From the sequence record PQ310662.1: a stretch of DNA of 64,000 nt. One strand, written 5' to 3'. Both the position numbers and the translations under genes were made by a program. Under the pieces are notes generated by a model. The model made no database searches. It saw only the letters and a program-made list of their open reading frames with translations, and was not told where the DNA came from. Below are positions 55,373 through 64,000 of the stretch, piece by piece. The stretch is from Escherichia phage Mimir124. Position 1 is the first letter of the stretch; each line of letters begins with the position of its first letter.

Positions 55373-58168
55373 TTACATAGCTTCCGTCCTAAAAGTAGGA
55401 GCTACATAGCTAACTGCACCATCTGTTACAGAGGCGTCACAAGCTACATCAACCTTAATAGTAGTACCTTGTATGTCCAAGACTCGTTTGCTACCAGAGA
55501 CTCCGGCTATAGCTATAACGCAACCTCTATACACATTAGTAATGTTATTAAGAGTAACTGTTTTACTACCTGCTACAGTAGTACCTGTTACATCGTTTAA
55601 TGTACCAAAGGTTCCGTCGGTTAGGATAGTGTAGCGATTCCCACCAACGTAATCAGTAATGGTACTGCTGGCATAGTGAGTACCGGCATTAGGTGCTCCA
55701 AGCTTAGTCTTACCTATACCTTTATAAGCAGCAGAACCTGAACCGATGGCAATGTTGTTATCGGATTGGTTTGCTTCAATAAAAGACAGTGGACTAACGT
55801 TGTTAACCAAAATCCCTTGTCTTGCCGGTAAGGTATCACTAATAGCCTGACCCCTTACCTGATTACCCACCAACTCTAAGATGATGTTGTAATCGGACGG
55901 CCTAACCAGAATACCGTTAGGAAGCTGTCCCAGGTTAGGGGATAAACCATAACCATCAATCGTATTATAAGAAATCTTAGCTCTCACCTTAGAGAAATCC
56001 CCTGTAATTGACCCACTTACGTGGTCTAGGTAGATTCCTCCAGAGTGCGAGTTAAACATCCTGTTATCTGTGATTTCCAGATTATTGTCACATTGATGAA
56101 TACGAATAAATGGTCTGCTACCCGTAAGGGATAGTGGGGCATCCTTAAAGGTATTACTGTTGATAAACAGGTTAGAGAACCTTTTGTAGTTATCCTGCGT
56201 AACAGCAGCTACACCGGAACCACACTCACTAATCGTGTTATTGTAGATGTGGATGTTATCAATACTAGCCACAGAGTTTTGAACGGTATCATCGGGCCAG
56301 AAACGTAAACGTACACCACCGGCAGTATTGTTAGTTAACTCAAGACCAACGATATTATAAAACTCGTTATCAGATATTCGCACATTACGTACGTAAGAGT
56401 TGTTAAGCGAGTTCTTATCATTGGTCAGATATACACCACCTTCATGCCCATGCTTAAAGATGTTCTTTTCAATGATAGCCCCATCTACATAACTGTAGAG
56501 TTTAATAGTGCCATGTACTCTGTTAATACGGTTGTTAATAAAGTTAATGTTCGAACAAGGGAACAGTGGGTCAAAAGAACCAGAAGATAAGGCATCATCC
56601 CCGATTTCTTCAATTACGTTATTGTATGCCCATACGTCAGTGCACTTGTAGAAGTGCATCCCATCCGAGCCTGCTTTTGGAGAAGCATACGTACCCTGGT
56701 GATAACCAGCGTAGGAATCTCTTACAGTAACTCGGTTACAGAATACAAAAAAGATACCGTAACCGATGGCGTTAAGTTCCTTAACATCCTCCATTAAAAA
56801 CGGAGAGAAGTTGCCAAAGGAGAAACTCTTAGGTCCAGACGAGCTAGGTCCATTCAAATAGTTAGGACGAACACAGCCACAACCCTTTAGCTTACCTGGG
56901 TATTTAGTAACGCTGTTTGTCTCAGGACCAAATGTCAAACCTGCCGATAAGTGGTCGTAAACAAAAGTAGTTAGCTCGGAACCAAGTCCCTCGAAGCTTA
57001 CTGCCCCATTGCCTAAAGTTACTGACCGGGTTAGCCGATACTTTGCTGGTTGCTTCTCCACGATAGGCAGGCGAGTGGAAAATACCCGTAGTACTGCATC
57101 GGTATCGTCAGCACCAGTGATAGTAGTTCCACTAATGGAGGCATTACCAATTGCCCCACCATCTTGCATGCAGATGCCATTTCGAACATCCCGTGCCCAA
57201 CCAAATGAGTTATTAACACGGAAGAAGGTAACACCGTCATCTGCTCGGCTAGATGAGCTAATGCCTATAAGCATGCCACCACCCAAACCAGAACCTTCTG
57301 CATACTCTTTAAGGAAAATTCGCTGACCAGCTACGCCAGGTATAGTACGTAATGTGTCTACATCTTTACACTGACCAATTAGCTTTAAACCATCATAGTT
57401 TGCAAAGTCTGTTCTTACGTTAGCTACACTTTCTTGCAGGCTGTCTAAAGCAGCTTGTACAGTTTCTCCAGACTGGGTGCCAATGTTAGATGCACCATCG
57501 CTATTCTTGAGTATGGCGAAAACATCCACATCCAAATCTGGGTCAGTTATACCTATAATAACGGTAACCAGATTACCAGCTTCCAGAGAGTCAGCTAATG
57601 TGATTGTAGCTGTGCCTTCATTGTAGGAGAAGCCTTCATTGTAGGAGAAGCCTTCATTGATGTCCTGTCTTACACCCTCCACGTAAATGGTCTGCACTCC
57701 AACAATTGGAATATCCGTGGGTAGCTCTATCGAAGTAATGCCATCAGCCTCAGCCCGATACTTCCAGATACGCACGAAAGATGCATTAGAGCCGGTAGCT
57801 TTCGTACTTAACCAGGAACCAGTTGCAGTTGGGTCATTTGATGGGATACCAGTAGTATCGTCTGCTACATACAGGTAGTCAGTGAAGTAGTACCCAGCCG
57901 TTTCTGATTTATTGTATACGCGAGCGAACTTACCAATAGATAATGGGATATCCTTGATTGCATCCTCACTGTCTACAGTAATAATCAGACCGTACTTCTG
58001 TAGGTAGTTATAGATGTAGGTAAGGTTACCTAATGCAAGGTATACCTCTTTAACTACGTGGTAGGCATCACCAATGATACGGTCTACTAATTGGTCAGCA
58101 GAACGAAAATCATTGGTGCACCCACCGTCACCACCAGTGTTAAACGGGTTATGAGAATTCATATCCAC
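55373..58168 (-). CDS. tailspike with right-handed parallel beta-helix (candidate polysaccharide depolymerase)
   Basis: 931 aa; repetitive N-x-x-I/V turns (NNRINRVHG, NVRISDNEFYN, IHIYNNTISE) typical of pectate-lyase-fold tailspikes. Confidence 0.5.
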   Translation of the reverse strand: MDMNSHNPFNTGGDGGCTNDFRSADQLVDRIIGDAYHVVKEVYLALGNLTYIYNYLQKYGLIITVDSEDAIKDIPLSIGKFARVYNKSETAGYYFTDYLYVADDTTGIPSNDPTATGSWLSTKATGSNASFVRIWKYRAEADGITSIELPTDIPIVGVQTIYVEGVRQDINEGFSYNEGFSYNEGTATITLADSLEAGNLVTVIIGITDPDLDVDVFAILKNSDGASNIGTQSGETVQAALDSLQESVANVRTDFANYDGLKLIGQCKDVDTLRTIPGVAGQRIFLKEYAEGSGLGGGMLIGISSSSRADDGVTFFRVNNSFGWARDVRNGICMQDGGAIGNASISGTTITGADDTDAVLRVFSTRLPIVEKQPAKYRLTRSVTLGNGAVSFEGLGSELTTFVYDHLSAGLTFGPETNSVTKYPGKLKGCGCVRPNYLNGPSSSGPKSFSFGNFSPFLMEDVKELNAIGYGIFFVFCNRVTVRDSYAGYHQGTYASPKAGSDGMHFYKCTDVWAYNNVIEEIGDDALSSGSFDPLFPCSNINFINNRINRVHGTIKLYSYVDGAIIEKNIFKHGHEGGVYLTNDKNSLNNSYVRNVRISDNEFYNIVGLELTNNTAGGVRLRFWPDDTVQNSVASIDNIHIYNNTISECGSGVAAVTQDNYKRFSNLFINSNTFKDAPLSLTGSRPFIRIHQCDNNLEITDNRMFNSHSGGIYLDHVSGSITGDFSKVRAKISYNTIDGYGLSPNLGQLPNGILVRPSDYNIILELVGNQVRGQAISDTLPARQGILVNNVSPLSFIEANQSDNNIAIGSGSAAYKGIGKTKLGAPNAGTHYASSTITDYVGGNRYTILTDGTFGTLNDVTGTTVAGSKTVTLNNITNVYRGCVIAIAGVSGSKRVLDIQGTTIKVDVACDASVTDGAVSYVAPTFRTEAM
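57614..57659. repeat. 18-bp tandem repeat, about 2.5 copies, in tailspike CDS (encodes EGFSYN repeats)
   Basis: CCTTCATTGTAGGAGAAG x2 then CCTTCATTGA. Confidence 0.7.
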
Positions 58169-58866
58169 CCTCTTCTTTCAAATAATGTATTGGTGTTTGA
58201 CTCACTGCTGCTTCCAAGGTCGTAGTCCTTAACCTCTCCACAGATGGATTCGTACATTTGTAAGTACTCTGCTGCTTTGGATGTACTCTCAGCAGTATTG
58301 AGTCCAGTGTAGTAACTATACGCTATCCAGTACTTTAAAGCAGGTAGTAAAGAATCAGGCAAGTCAACTTCCTGATTCTCACCATCTACAGTAAGAGTTG
58401 GATGCTTCGCCTGATAAGTTACAGTAAGTACCTCACAATGACGAGGGCGAATACACTGTAGTGTGTCTGGTCTTGGGGTAAATAACCCGTGTGGATTGTG
58501 GCTGTCGTTAAGTCCTCGACGTTCCCCCCAAGAGTCATACACCATCAGTATCTTTATCACATTCTCCTCAAATGGGTTGGTTACTGAATCCATTATGAAA
58601 GGGTACTGGGCTAACTCAGGGTCAAACCCCATAAAAGAGTATCGCTTGAGTAATGGGTATTCTGTTCTACCCTCCCTCATTTCTACGAATATATTCTCAG
58701 TTTTAAGAGGGAACCTGCCGTGTAAACGGGTAAGCCCCTCATTAATAAATTCGAGGATGTATTCTTTCTTATCTGCCTCAATGTCCTTCTTATCATCAGT
58801 AACAACACTGGTGTTATTCAGAACACTTAGAGCCAGACTCTTATACAGCTCGGTTAGTTTAATCAT
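58159..58866 (-). CDS. hypothetical virion or tail-associated protein
   Basis: 235-aa ORF between terminase and tailspike. Confidence 0.35.
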   Translation of the reverse strand: MIKLTELYKSLALSVLNNTSVVTDDKKDIEADKKEYILEFINEGLTRLHGRFPLKTENIFVEMREGRTEYPLLKRYSFMGFDPELAQYPFIMDSVTNPFEENVIKILMVYDSWGERRGLNDSHNPHGLFTPRPDTLQCIRPRHCEVLTVTYQAKHPTLTVDGENQEVDLPDSLLPALKYWIAYSYYTGLNTAESTSKAAEYLQMYESICGEVKDYDLGSSSESNTNTLFERRGWI

Positions 58867-58872
58867 AATTCC

Positions 58873-60483
58873 TCATACAATATATGAACGTAGTGGGTTA
58901 ACACTATCTTCTTCTTCCTCATCCCACATTGGGTCACCCTTACTATCCACCATAGTCATACCTGCTTGTGGTTTCCAAGGATTGAGATAACCCAGCATGG
59001 AGATAGTATCAATACAGTCATCCTTACCTTTGATCCCATTAATGGTAGCTAGTTTAATCTGGCCCATGAACAGACCCATAATAGTTGTATCTCTCAACTC
59101 TTCCGGGAAATACATCTTACCAGCCTTGAACCATGGAACTACCAGGTTAAAGCGTGACAGTTTAGAGGTTACAGGACGAATGCCTGGCTTACCACCCTCA
59201 GAGGAAGCAAAGTTAAAGAAGACATTACGGTTAATCATTTCTTTCTGAAGAAGTGAAATGAACCCACCCTGTTGACCTGTGATTTCGACCCCAACGTTTT
59301 GAGGTTGATATTCCTGAACCAGACGGAACAGGTCGTCAAAGTTTTTATCCATAAGCTGACGATTAGCCACACCATCAACCCAGAACCAATCTCCATTAGA
59401 ACTATAAGCCCAAACTGATATGACACTGTAGTCACTGGTCTGTTTCTCCGAAGTAGCAAAGTCAGTTGTAATATAATAGTTGTAACAGGACTTCATCCTT
59501 AATAGTTGCTGTCTGCTGTACCATTTAATCTCACTATCCTGAACCAGTCTCTCATCCTCAGAACTAATACGAAGCATAAGTTCCTGATAGAATCCTGCCA
59601 GCTTACCGGTCTTAACTGCCATGTCATACTGAGCTTTGATGTAGTCGTAAGAGAAACGGTCATCCCATGCACCCTGAAATTCTTCTTCACTACAGGGGAA
59701 CTTCTCACATACGGGCCATACGTTGACATCCCATGCACCAGACTCAACTGCTTCAATGATAATGTCTTCCTTATTAAAGGGAGTACCATTGAAGATTACT
59801 TTACGACGAGTCGGGTCAAGAGCATGGTTCACACCTTTATAGACAGTATCCTTAATAGCTTCCATACTTGTCTTGGAGTTAGCATCACCATCACTAATCA
59901 AGTCATCCAGTACACAGAGTGTTGGACGTTTACCATATATCTTAGTACCACGAAGACCTGTCTTAGCACCAAACAGCTTAACACCCAGTCGATGCCCTTC
60001 TGCATTACGAAACTCTAACAGGTTATCTGTAAAGGTAGCTTCAGGTATCCACTGCTGAAGGAACTCACTATTCTTGTACCGGAACTCAATATTCTTACGT
60101 GCAGACTTAGCACCGTTATCCATTGAGTCGGATACGTAAATCATTCCTTCTACTTTTCCCAGACTTGGTAAGTGACCAAAAACTGCCAGGAACAAAGTAA
60201 AGTATTCCATGAACACGGCAGTCTTACCTGCCCCACGAAAACACAGGTTAACTACATACTGGTTAGGGCTAATCATCTTATCCAGCATCTTCAGGTGAAC
60301 TGGGGGTGTTTTGTTGGATTCACCTTCCTTACCATTAACCAACTTAATAAAGTTGGCAAAGGTAAGAGCAAACTGACTAGGAACATAGTTGGAAGAATTA
60401 AGGTGGGAGTAATCCACCTGGTCTAGCCATTCATCTAGTTCCTGTTTAATTAACTCAGACATCTGTAATGTCCTCATCTGCAC
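58873..60483 (-). CDS. terminase large subunit
   Basis: 536 aa; Walker A-like FRGAGKTA, Walker B-like LCVLDDLISD, C-terminal acidic nuclease-like region. Confidence 0.6.
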   Translation of the reverse strand: MQMRTLQMSELIKQELDEWLDQVDYSHLNSSNYVPSQFALTFANFIKLVNGKEGESNKTPPVHLKMLDKMISPNQYVVNLCFRGAGKTAVFMEYFTLFLAVFGHLPSLGKVEGMIYVSDSMDNGAKSARKNIEFRYKNSEFLQQWIPEATFTDNLLEFRNAEGHRLGVKLFGAKTGLRGTKIYGKRPTLCVLDDLISDGDANSKTSMEAIKDTVYKGVNHALDPTRRKVIFNGTPFNKEDIIIEAVESGAWDVNVWPVCEKFPCSEEEFQGAWDDRFSYDYIKAQYDMAVKTGKLAGFYQELMLRISSEDERLVQDSEIKWYSRQQLLRMKSCYNYYITTDFATSEKQTSDYSVISVWAYSSNGDWFWVDGVANRQLMDKNFDDLFRLVQEYQPQNVGVEITGQQGGFISLLQKEMINRNVFFNFASSEGGKPGIRPVTSKLSRFNLVVPWFKAGKMYFPEELRDTTIMGLFMGQIKLATINGIKGKDDCIDTISMLGYLNPWKPQAGMTMVDSKGDPMWDEEEEDSVNPLRSYIV

Positions 60484-61144
60484 GTACTAGTTTAGAACCA
60501 GCAATCTCTTTGGTAGGTACACCACTATTGATTGCATTGATTTGCTGTTCAGCTAGTGCAGCAAGTGTTGCCTTGAGGTCGGTTAACCCGGAGTTCTCTC
60601 TCAAGTCCAGATTGATATTTGTCACCTGGTCTTTTGGTTTAGCTAAGTGAGTAAGGATAGAGTTAGCTGCATCACATCTTACCTTCTCACTTGCTGCTGT
60701 AGTCATTAGTTCAACCTGAACGTTGATTGCCTTCTGATAATTGTCTTGGTTCACAATCCACACTGGAACCAAACTTTGTTCCATGATGAGGTTAACTAGC
60801 TTACCCCTGTGGTAAGCAGATACATAAGCACTAATATCTTTCTCACTGGTTCCACGTGCTACAAGTTCTGCTTGTCGGTTAGGGAATGTTTTAAAGTAGG
60901 CTTCCTTATTGGAATAGCCCATATGTTTGTAAGTCACATACTGAACTGCATTCATGTAGTCCTGTGTCTTGAACTTACCCTCCTTCATAACACCAGAGTA
61001 GGAGATGAAGTTTTCACGGAATGCCTCAGCAACCAGTTGGTCTTGGGTTATGTTGTTGATCGTGTCTACCAATTCCTGGCTTACACTATTTTTGAAGTTA
61101 GCAGGTAGTGCATTAATAATTTGCTGTCTGGTTAACTCACTCAT
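60455..61144 (-). CDS. putative terminase small subunit
   Basis: 229 aa immediately upstream of TerL, overlapping its start; assignment by position. Confidence 0.3.
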   Translation of the reverse strand: MSELTRQQIINALPANFKNSVSQELVDTINNITQDQLVAEAFRENFISYSGVMKEGKFKTQDYMNAVQYVTYKHMGYSNKEAYFKTFPNRQAELVARGTSEKDISAYVSAYHRGKLVNLIMEQSLVPVWIVNQDNYQKAINVQVELMTTAASEKVRCDAANSILTHLAKPKDQVTNINLDLRENSGLTDLKATLAALAEQQINAINSGVPTKEIAGSKLVRADEDITDV

Positions 61145-61315
61145 ACTTATCTCTCTACAAAGTTATGTCTATTAACGAAGATTCTTTTCTTGGGGTGAGA
61201 TACCCCTTGAAGAAACCATACCATACAGTTACACTTTAGTCATGATATAGAAAAAGTTCATGATACTAAATAGTATGTAATGTTCCGATGACCTTATTCC
61301 CTAAAGGAGTAACCT

Positions 61316-61606
61316 TTGAGAATCTATATGAGAGTCTACGACTCTAAAGATGAATACAAAGAGCTAGACCACACCAAGGCTGGTATTCTTTCAGATGATA
61401 TTATCATTACACATGATGAAGATATCTATCATGAATTAGCTGGGATGATGCTGTTAGAGAATCGTCCAGGCATTAAGATCTTAGAACCAAGAGAAACTTA
61501 CTCTTTAGAAAAACGCTTTTCAGCTCTTGTGTTCTTCACAAAATTACCTCATAGTGTCTCCATCAAACGAAGCAAAGACAGAGTTCGGATGACGGTGACG
61601 ATGTGA
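61316..61606 (+). CDS. small early-region protein, paralog family member 1
   Basis: Shares motif YHELAGMMLLENRPGIKIL with downstream paralogs. Confidence 0.4.
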   Translation: MRIYMRVYDSKDEYKELDHTKAGILSDDIIITHDEDIYHELAGMMLLENRPGIKILEPRETYSLEKRFSALVFFTKLPHSVSIKRSKDRVRMTVTM

Positions 61607-61754
61607 TTAGTCATACCGCCTAGTAGACAGTGGCGGTACTCGTAAAGAGTTAATAACTTCTACAGTCAGGGTTGCCCGGCTCCTTTCCTACCTAGTAGGC
61701 TAACGATACACATGTATCTAGGGTGATGAACTGACCCGTGATAGAAAACGGTAA

Positions 61755-61790
61755 GGGGTAGAGTCGAGAGGCTCTGCCCCATTTCTTTTT
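61755..61790 (+). terminator. hairpin plus T-run (terminator or attenuator)
   Basis: GGGGTAGAG-tcgagagg-CTCTGCCCC followed by ATTTCTTTTT. Confidence 0.45.
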
Positions 61791-61806
61791 CAGGAGGTAT
61801 GCAACT

Positions 61807-62205
61807 ATGAGCATCTACGCTTTTGATATTGATATTACTGGAGTACTTCATAAGCAGGAACCCTATCTACTTGGGGAACCAGAAACAGTAAGTAAGTTCA
61901 TTGCCCCGTGGCAATCTGTGTTCTTACCTAACTGTGAAGAGTCCCATGAGATTGTTGGTTCTCTCTTCTTATCAAACCTACAACTTAATACTGAGATACT
62001 TACCGAACCAAAGGTGTATGACCTCACTCGTTATGATGGATTCAATGAGTTCTTCCCTGGTATACGTTTCTATAAAATACCCGGTTGGGAATTGATAGCT
62101 GCCCATAATGTCTTTAATAAAACACTTTCCATTTACTTCAGACCTATTCCTAAAGGAAGGAGAATCAATCATGAAATTCATAATGACCGCCCCCAGTTTT
62201 ATTAA
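61807..62205 (+). CDS. small early-region protein, paralog family member 2
   Basis: SHEIVGSLFLSNLQLNTEIL motif. Confidence 0.4.
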   Translation: MSIYAFDIDITGVLHKQEPYLLGEPETVSKFIAPWQSVFLPNCEESHEIVGSLFLSNLQLNTEILTEPKVYDLTRYDGFNEFFPGIRFYKIPGWELIAAHNVFNKTLSIYFRPIPKGRRINHEIHNDRPQFY

Positions 62206-62485
62206 AGGGGAATTATTGTTTACAACTGACTTCACTTTAGAAGAAGTGATGAACAGCAGTCCCCAACGAGTAATACTGGTTCCTACTTTAGAAGATTATC
62301 ATGAAGTAAGGGGTCAGCTATTCTTAGCTGGTTGTGACCGTAAGGTTGTATGTATCATTCCTCCCTCAGTATACACCGTTAGTTGTGCATATGATGCTCT
62401 ACCTTTCATGATGATATCTCATGACTACCAGTGGGATAGTCGTCATGATAATGATGACTATCGTTACTACTATGTAAGGAAGTAA
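62171..62485 (+). CDS. small early-region protein, paralog family member 3 (start chosen at ATG with RBS; longest ORF starts 62108)
   Basis: YHEVRGQLFLAGCDRKVVCI motif; GGAAGGAG RBS before ATG 62171. Confidence 0.4.
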   Translation: MKFIMTAPSFIKGELLFTTDFTLEEVMNSSPQRVILVPTLEDYHEVRGQLFLAGCDRKVVCIIPPSVYTVSCAYDALPFMMISHDYQWDSRHDNDDYRYYYVRK

Positions 62486-62488
62486 GTT

Positions 62489-62809
62489 ATGCACTTCTAT
62501 GGTTTGAGTTATCGTAGTACCAGTCCCCTTAATCTGGGGGTAGGTAAATCCCATTGGTTGAGGATAAGCACACCTATGACCATGTACTACGAACAATGTG
62601 AAAAAGCGGATGAGTTCATCGGAACCTGCCTCATGTTGGGTGTACCTATTACCTTTATTAAAATAGATACTTCCATTGAAGTTCCAGAGAATGTAGTTGT
62701 ATACATCTACTCCTCCTGTGAACCTATGGTAGTAACTACCTTAACTGGCAGACTTATTACCCTCTGCCCTTCTACCTCAAATTTATCTAGCGACGAGTGT
62801 ACCTTATGA
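62489..62809 (+). CDS. small early-region protein, paralog family member 4
   Basis: ADEFIGTCLMLGVPITFIKI motif. Confidence 0.35.
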   Translation: MHFYGLSYRSTSPLNLGVGKSHWLRISTPMTMYYEQCEKADEFIGTCLMLGVPITFIKIDTSIEVPENVVVYIYSSCEPMVVTTLTGRLITLCPSTSNLSSDECTL

Positions 62810-63147
62810 ATAGAGTACTGTACCTCCATCAGTATACGGATGAAGTCTCTGTTTACTCTGAGAACATTACTAAAGCTATTGATTGGTTACTCCCCCAAGA
62901 CTGTCATATGCTTATGCTACCTGGAGAGTTAGCAGATAGTACCCGTGGTTCCATCCTTCTTCTCAATAGTCCAGCTAAGTTAACCATCCTTAATCCGAGG
63001 GAATCCATAAAGATACCTGCTGGTGAATCTGCATTCTTGTTCTTTGAACCAAGGATAGAAGAAGGGTTTGTTGGGCTTACTATAGACAGTAGACCTAATA
63101 AAGATTTTAAAAGAGTACGTATCATTACCCCAAGGGTGCTCTTATGA
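62797..63147 (+). CDS. small early-region protein, paralog family member 5
   Basis: PGELADSTRGSILLLNSPAKLTIL..ESIKIP motif, closest to member 6. Confidence 0.4.
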   Translation: MYLMNRVLYLHQYTDEVSVYSENITKAIDWLLPQDCHMLMLPGELADSTRGSILLLNSPAKLTILNPRESIKIPAGESAFLFFEPRIEEGFVGLTIDSRPNKDFKRVRIITPRVLL

Positions 63148-63186
63148 AATCAAACACATCTCCTTACCGGATATGGATACTAAAAC

Positions 63187-63525
63187 ATGAACGTTAAGCT
63201 CTTAGGAATGAAAGGTACAGACTTACTGCATTATTCTTCTGTACCAGAGAAAGTAATCCTCCACGTTATGTCTCATGGAACTTCTACACTAATAATGGAA
63301 CCAGGAGAGTTAGCAGAATTTGCACAGGGACATAAGCTAATTACTAACAGTAACGCAGAGATAGTTATCCTGCAAAATGGTGAGTCAGTCTTCATACCAT
63401 ATGGTGATTATGCCCATGTATTTATCAAAGATGCTACCGTAAGGAATAGTAGTGGTGGTAATAACCATCCGGACTATTACCCTGGTATAGCACGCATAAT
63501 CACCCGAAAGCTTCCTCCTATTTAA
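63187..63525 (+). CDS. small early-region protein, paralog family member 6
   Basis: PGELAEFAQGHKLITNSNAEIVIL..ESVFIP motif. Confidence 0.4.
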   Translation: MNVKLLGMKGTDLLHYSSVPEKVILHVMSHGTSTLIMEPGELAEFAQGHKLITNSNAEIVILQNGESVFIPYGDYAHVFIKDATVRNSSGGNNHPDYYPGIARIITRKLPPI

Positions 63526-63742
63526 CTGCTTATAATTAGGATAGCTATCATATTTTTGCATACCATTTTGGTCATAGCTATGTATAGCTACAGTGGTGGT
63601 GGCTAGGGCTACACCCTTACACTCAACCATCCCCCCCGGTATGTTGACGGTGTAGCCACTACCCTACCCCACCTTACACGTTACACATGCTCCGCATGTT
63701 ATGGACATGTCGTCCTATCATCAACTATTGGAGCTATCATCA

Positions 63743-64000
63743 TGACTACTACCGCTTCTGTACGTATGACCGCAGGAACTTTACTTGGTACTGTTAACTC
63801 AGCTGCTACTACTGTTGCAGATACCTTCGGTACTGCAACTAAAGCAGTAGGTATGCTTAATTCATATGTTAGTACTATGGCAGAGAAACAGGCCATCCGT
63901 ACTAAATTAGAAATGCATACCTTTGTTAATAAACTGGCAGAGGAAACAGCTATGAACGAGACTCTGCGTAAGAAAAGTATCGAAGATTTCTGCAAGGATT
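63743..64000 (+). CDS. 5' part of a + strand gene running off the window end
   Basis: ATG at 63743 opens a frame with no stop to the window end (MTTTASVRMTAGTLLGT...); absent from the ORF track because it is incomplete. Confidence 0.4.

Noticed and set aside
1-64000. Integrase, excisionase or repressor module indicating a temperate lifestyle
   Set aside because: No tyrosine or serine recombinase motifs or CI-like repressor recognised in any ORF; gene content is that of a strictly lytic N4-like phage.

Overview
The window reads as most of the genome of an N4-like podovirus (Schitoviridae-type), judged from the sequence alone. A rightward (+) block of replication and nucleotide-metabolism genes (about 1-25.9 kb) is followed by a 1.5 kb ORF-poor, structure-rich region with at least one canonical tRNA, a few small + genes, and a convergent bidirectional terminator at about 28.85 kb. 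The leftward (-) block begins with a single 3449-aa ORF (28879..39228), which I interpret as the giant virion-encapsidated RNA polymerase, followed by virion proteins, major capsid, portal, a lysis cassette, two large tail proteins with internal tandem repeats, and terminase. From 61.3 kb the strand switches back to + with an array of six small paralogous genes. No integrase, CRISPR array or rRNA was seen. The three most interesting candidates are the six-gene paralog array (61316-63525), a Tad2/DUF2829-like putative signal-sponge protein (28110..28597), and the tRNA-like/hairpin-rich region (25.9-27.44 kb). Other observations include three HNH-AP2 homing endonuclease paralogs, a Cas4-like nuclease, an Imm-like superinfection immunity protein, and an embedded Rz/Rz1 spanin pair. 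All calls rest on motif recognition by eye and gene order; no database search or folding program was run.
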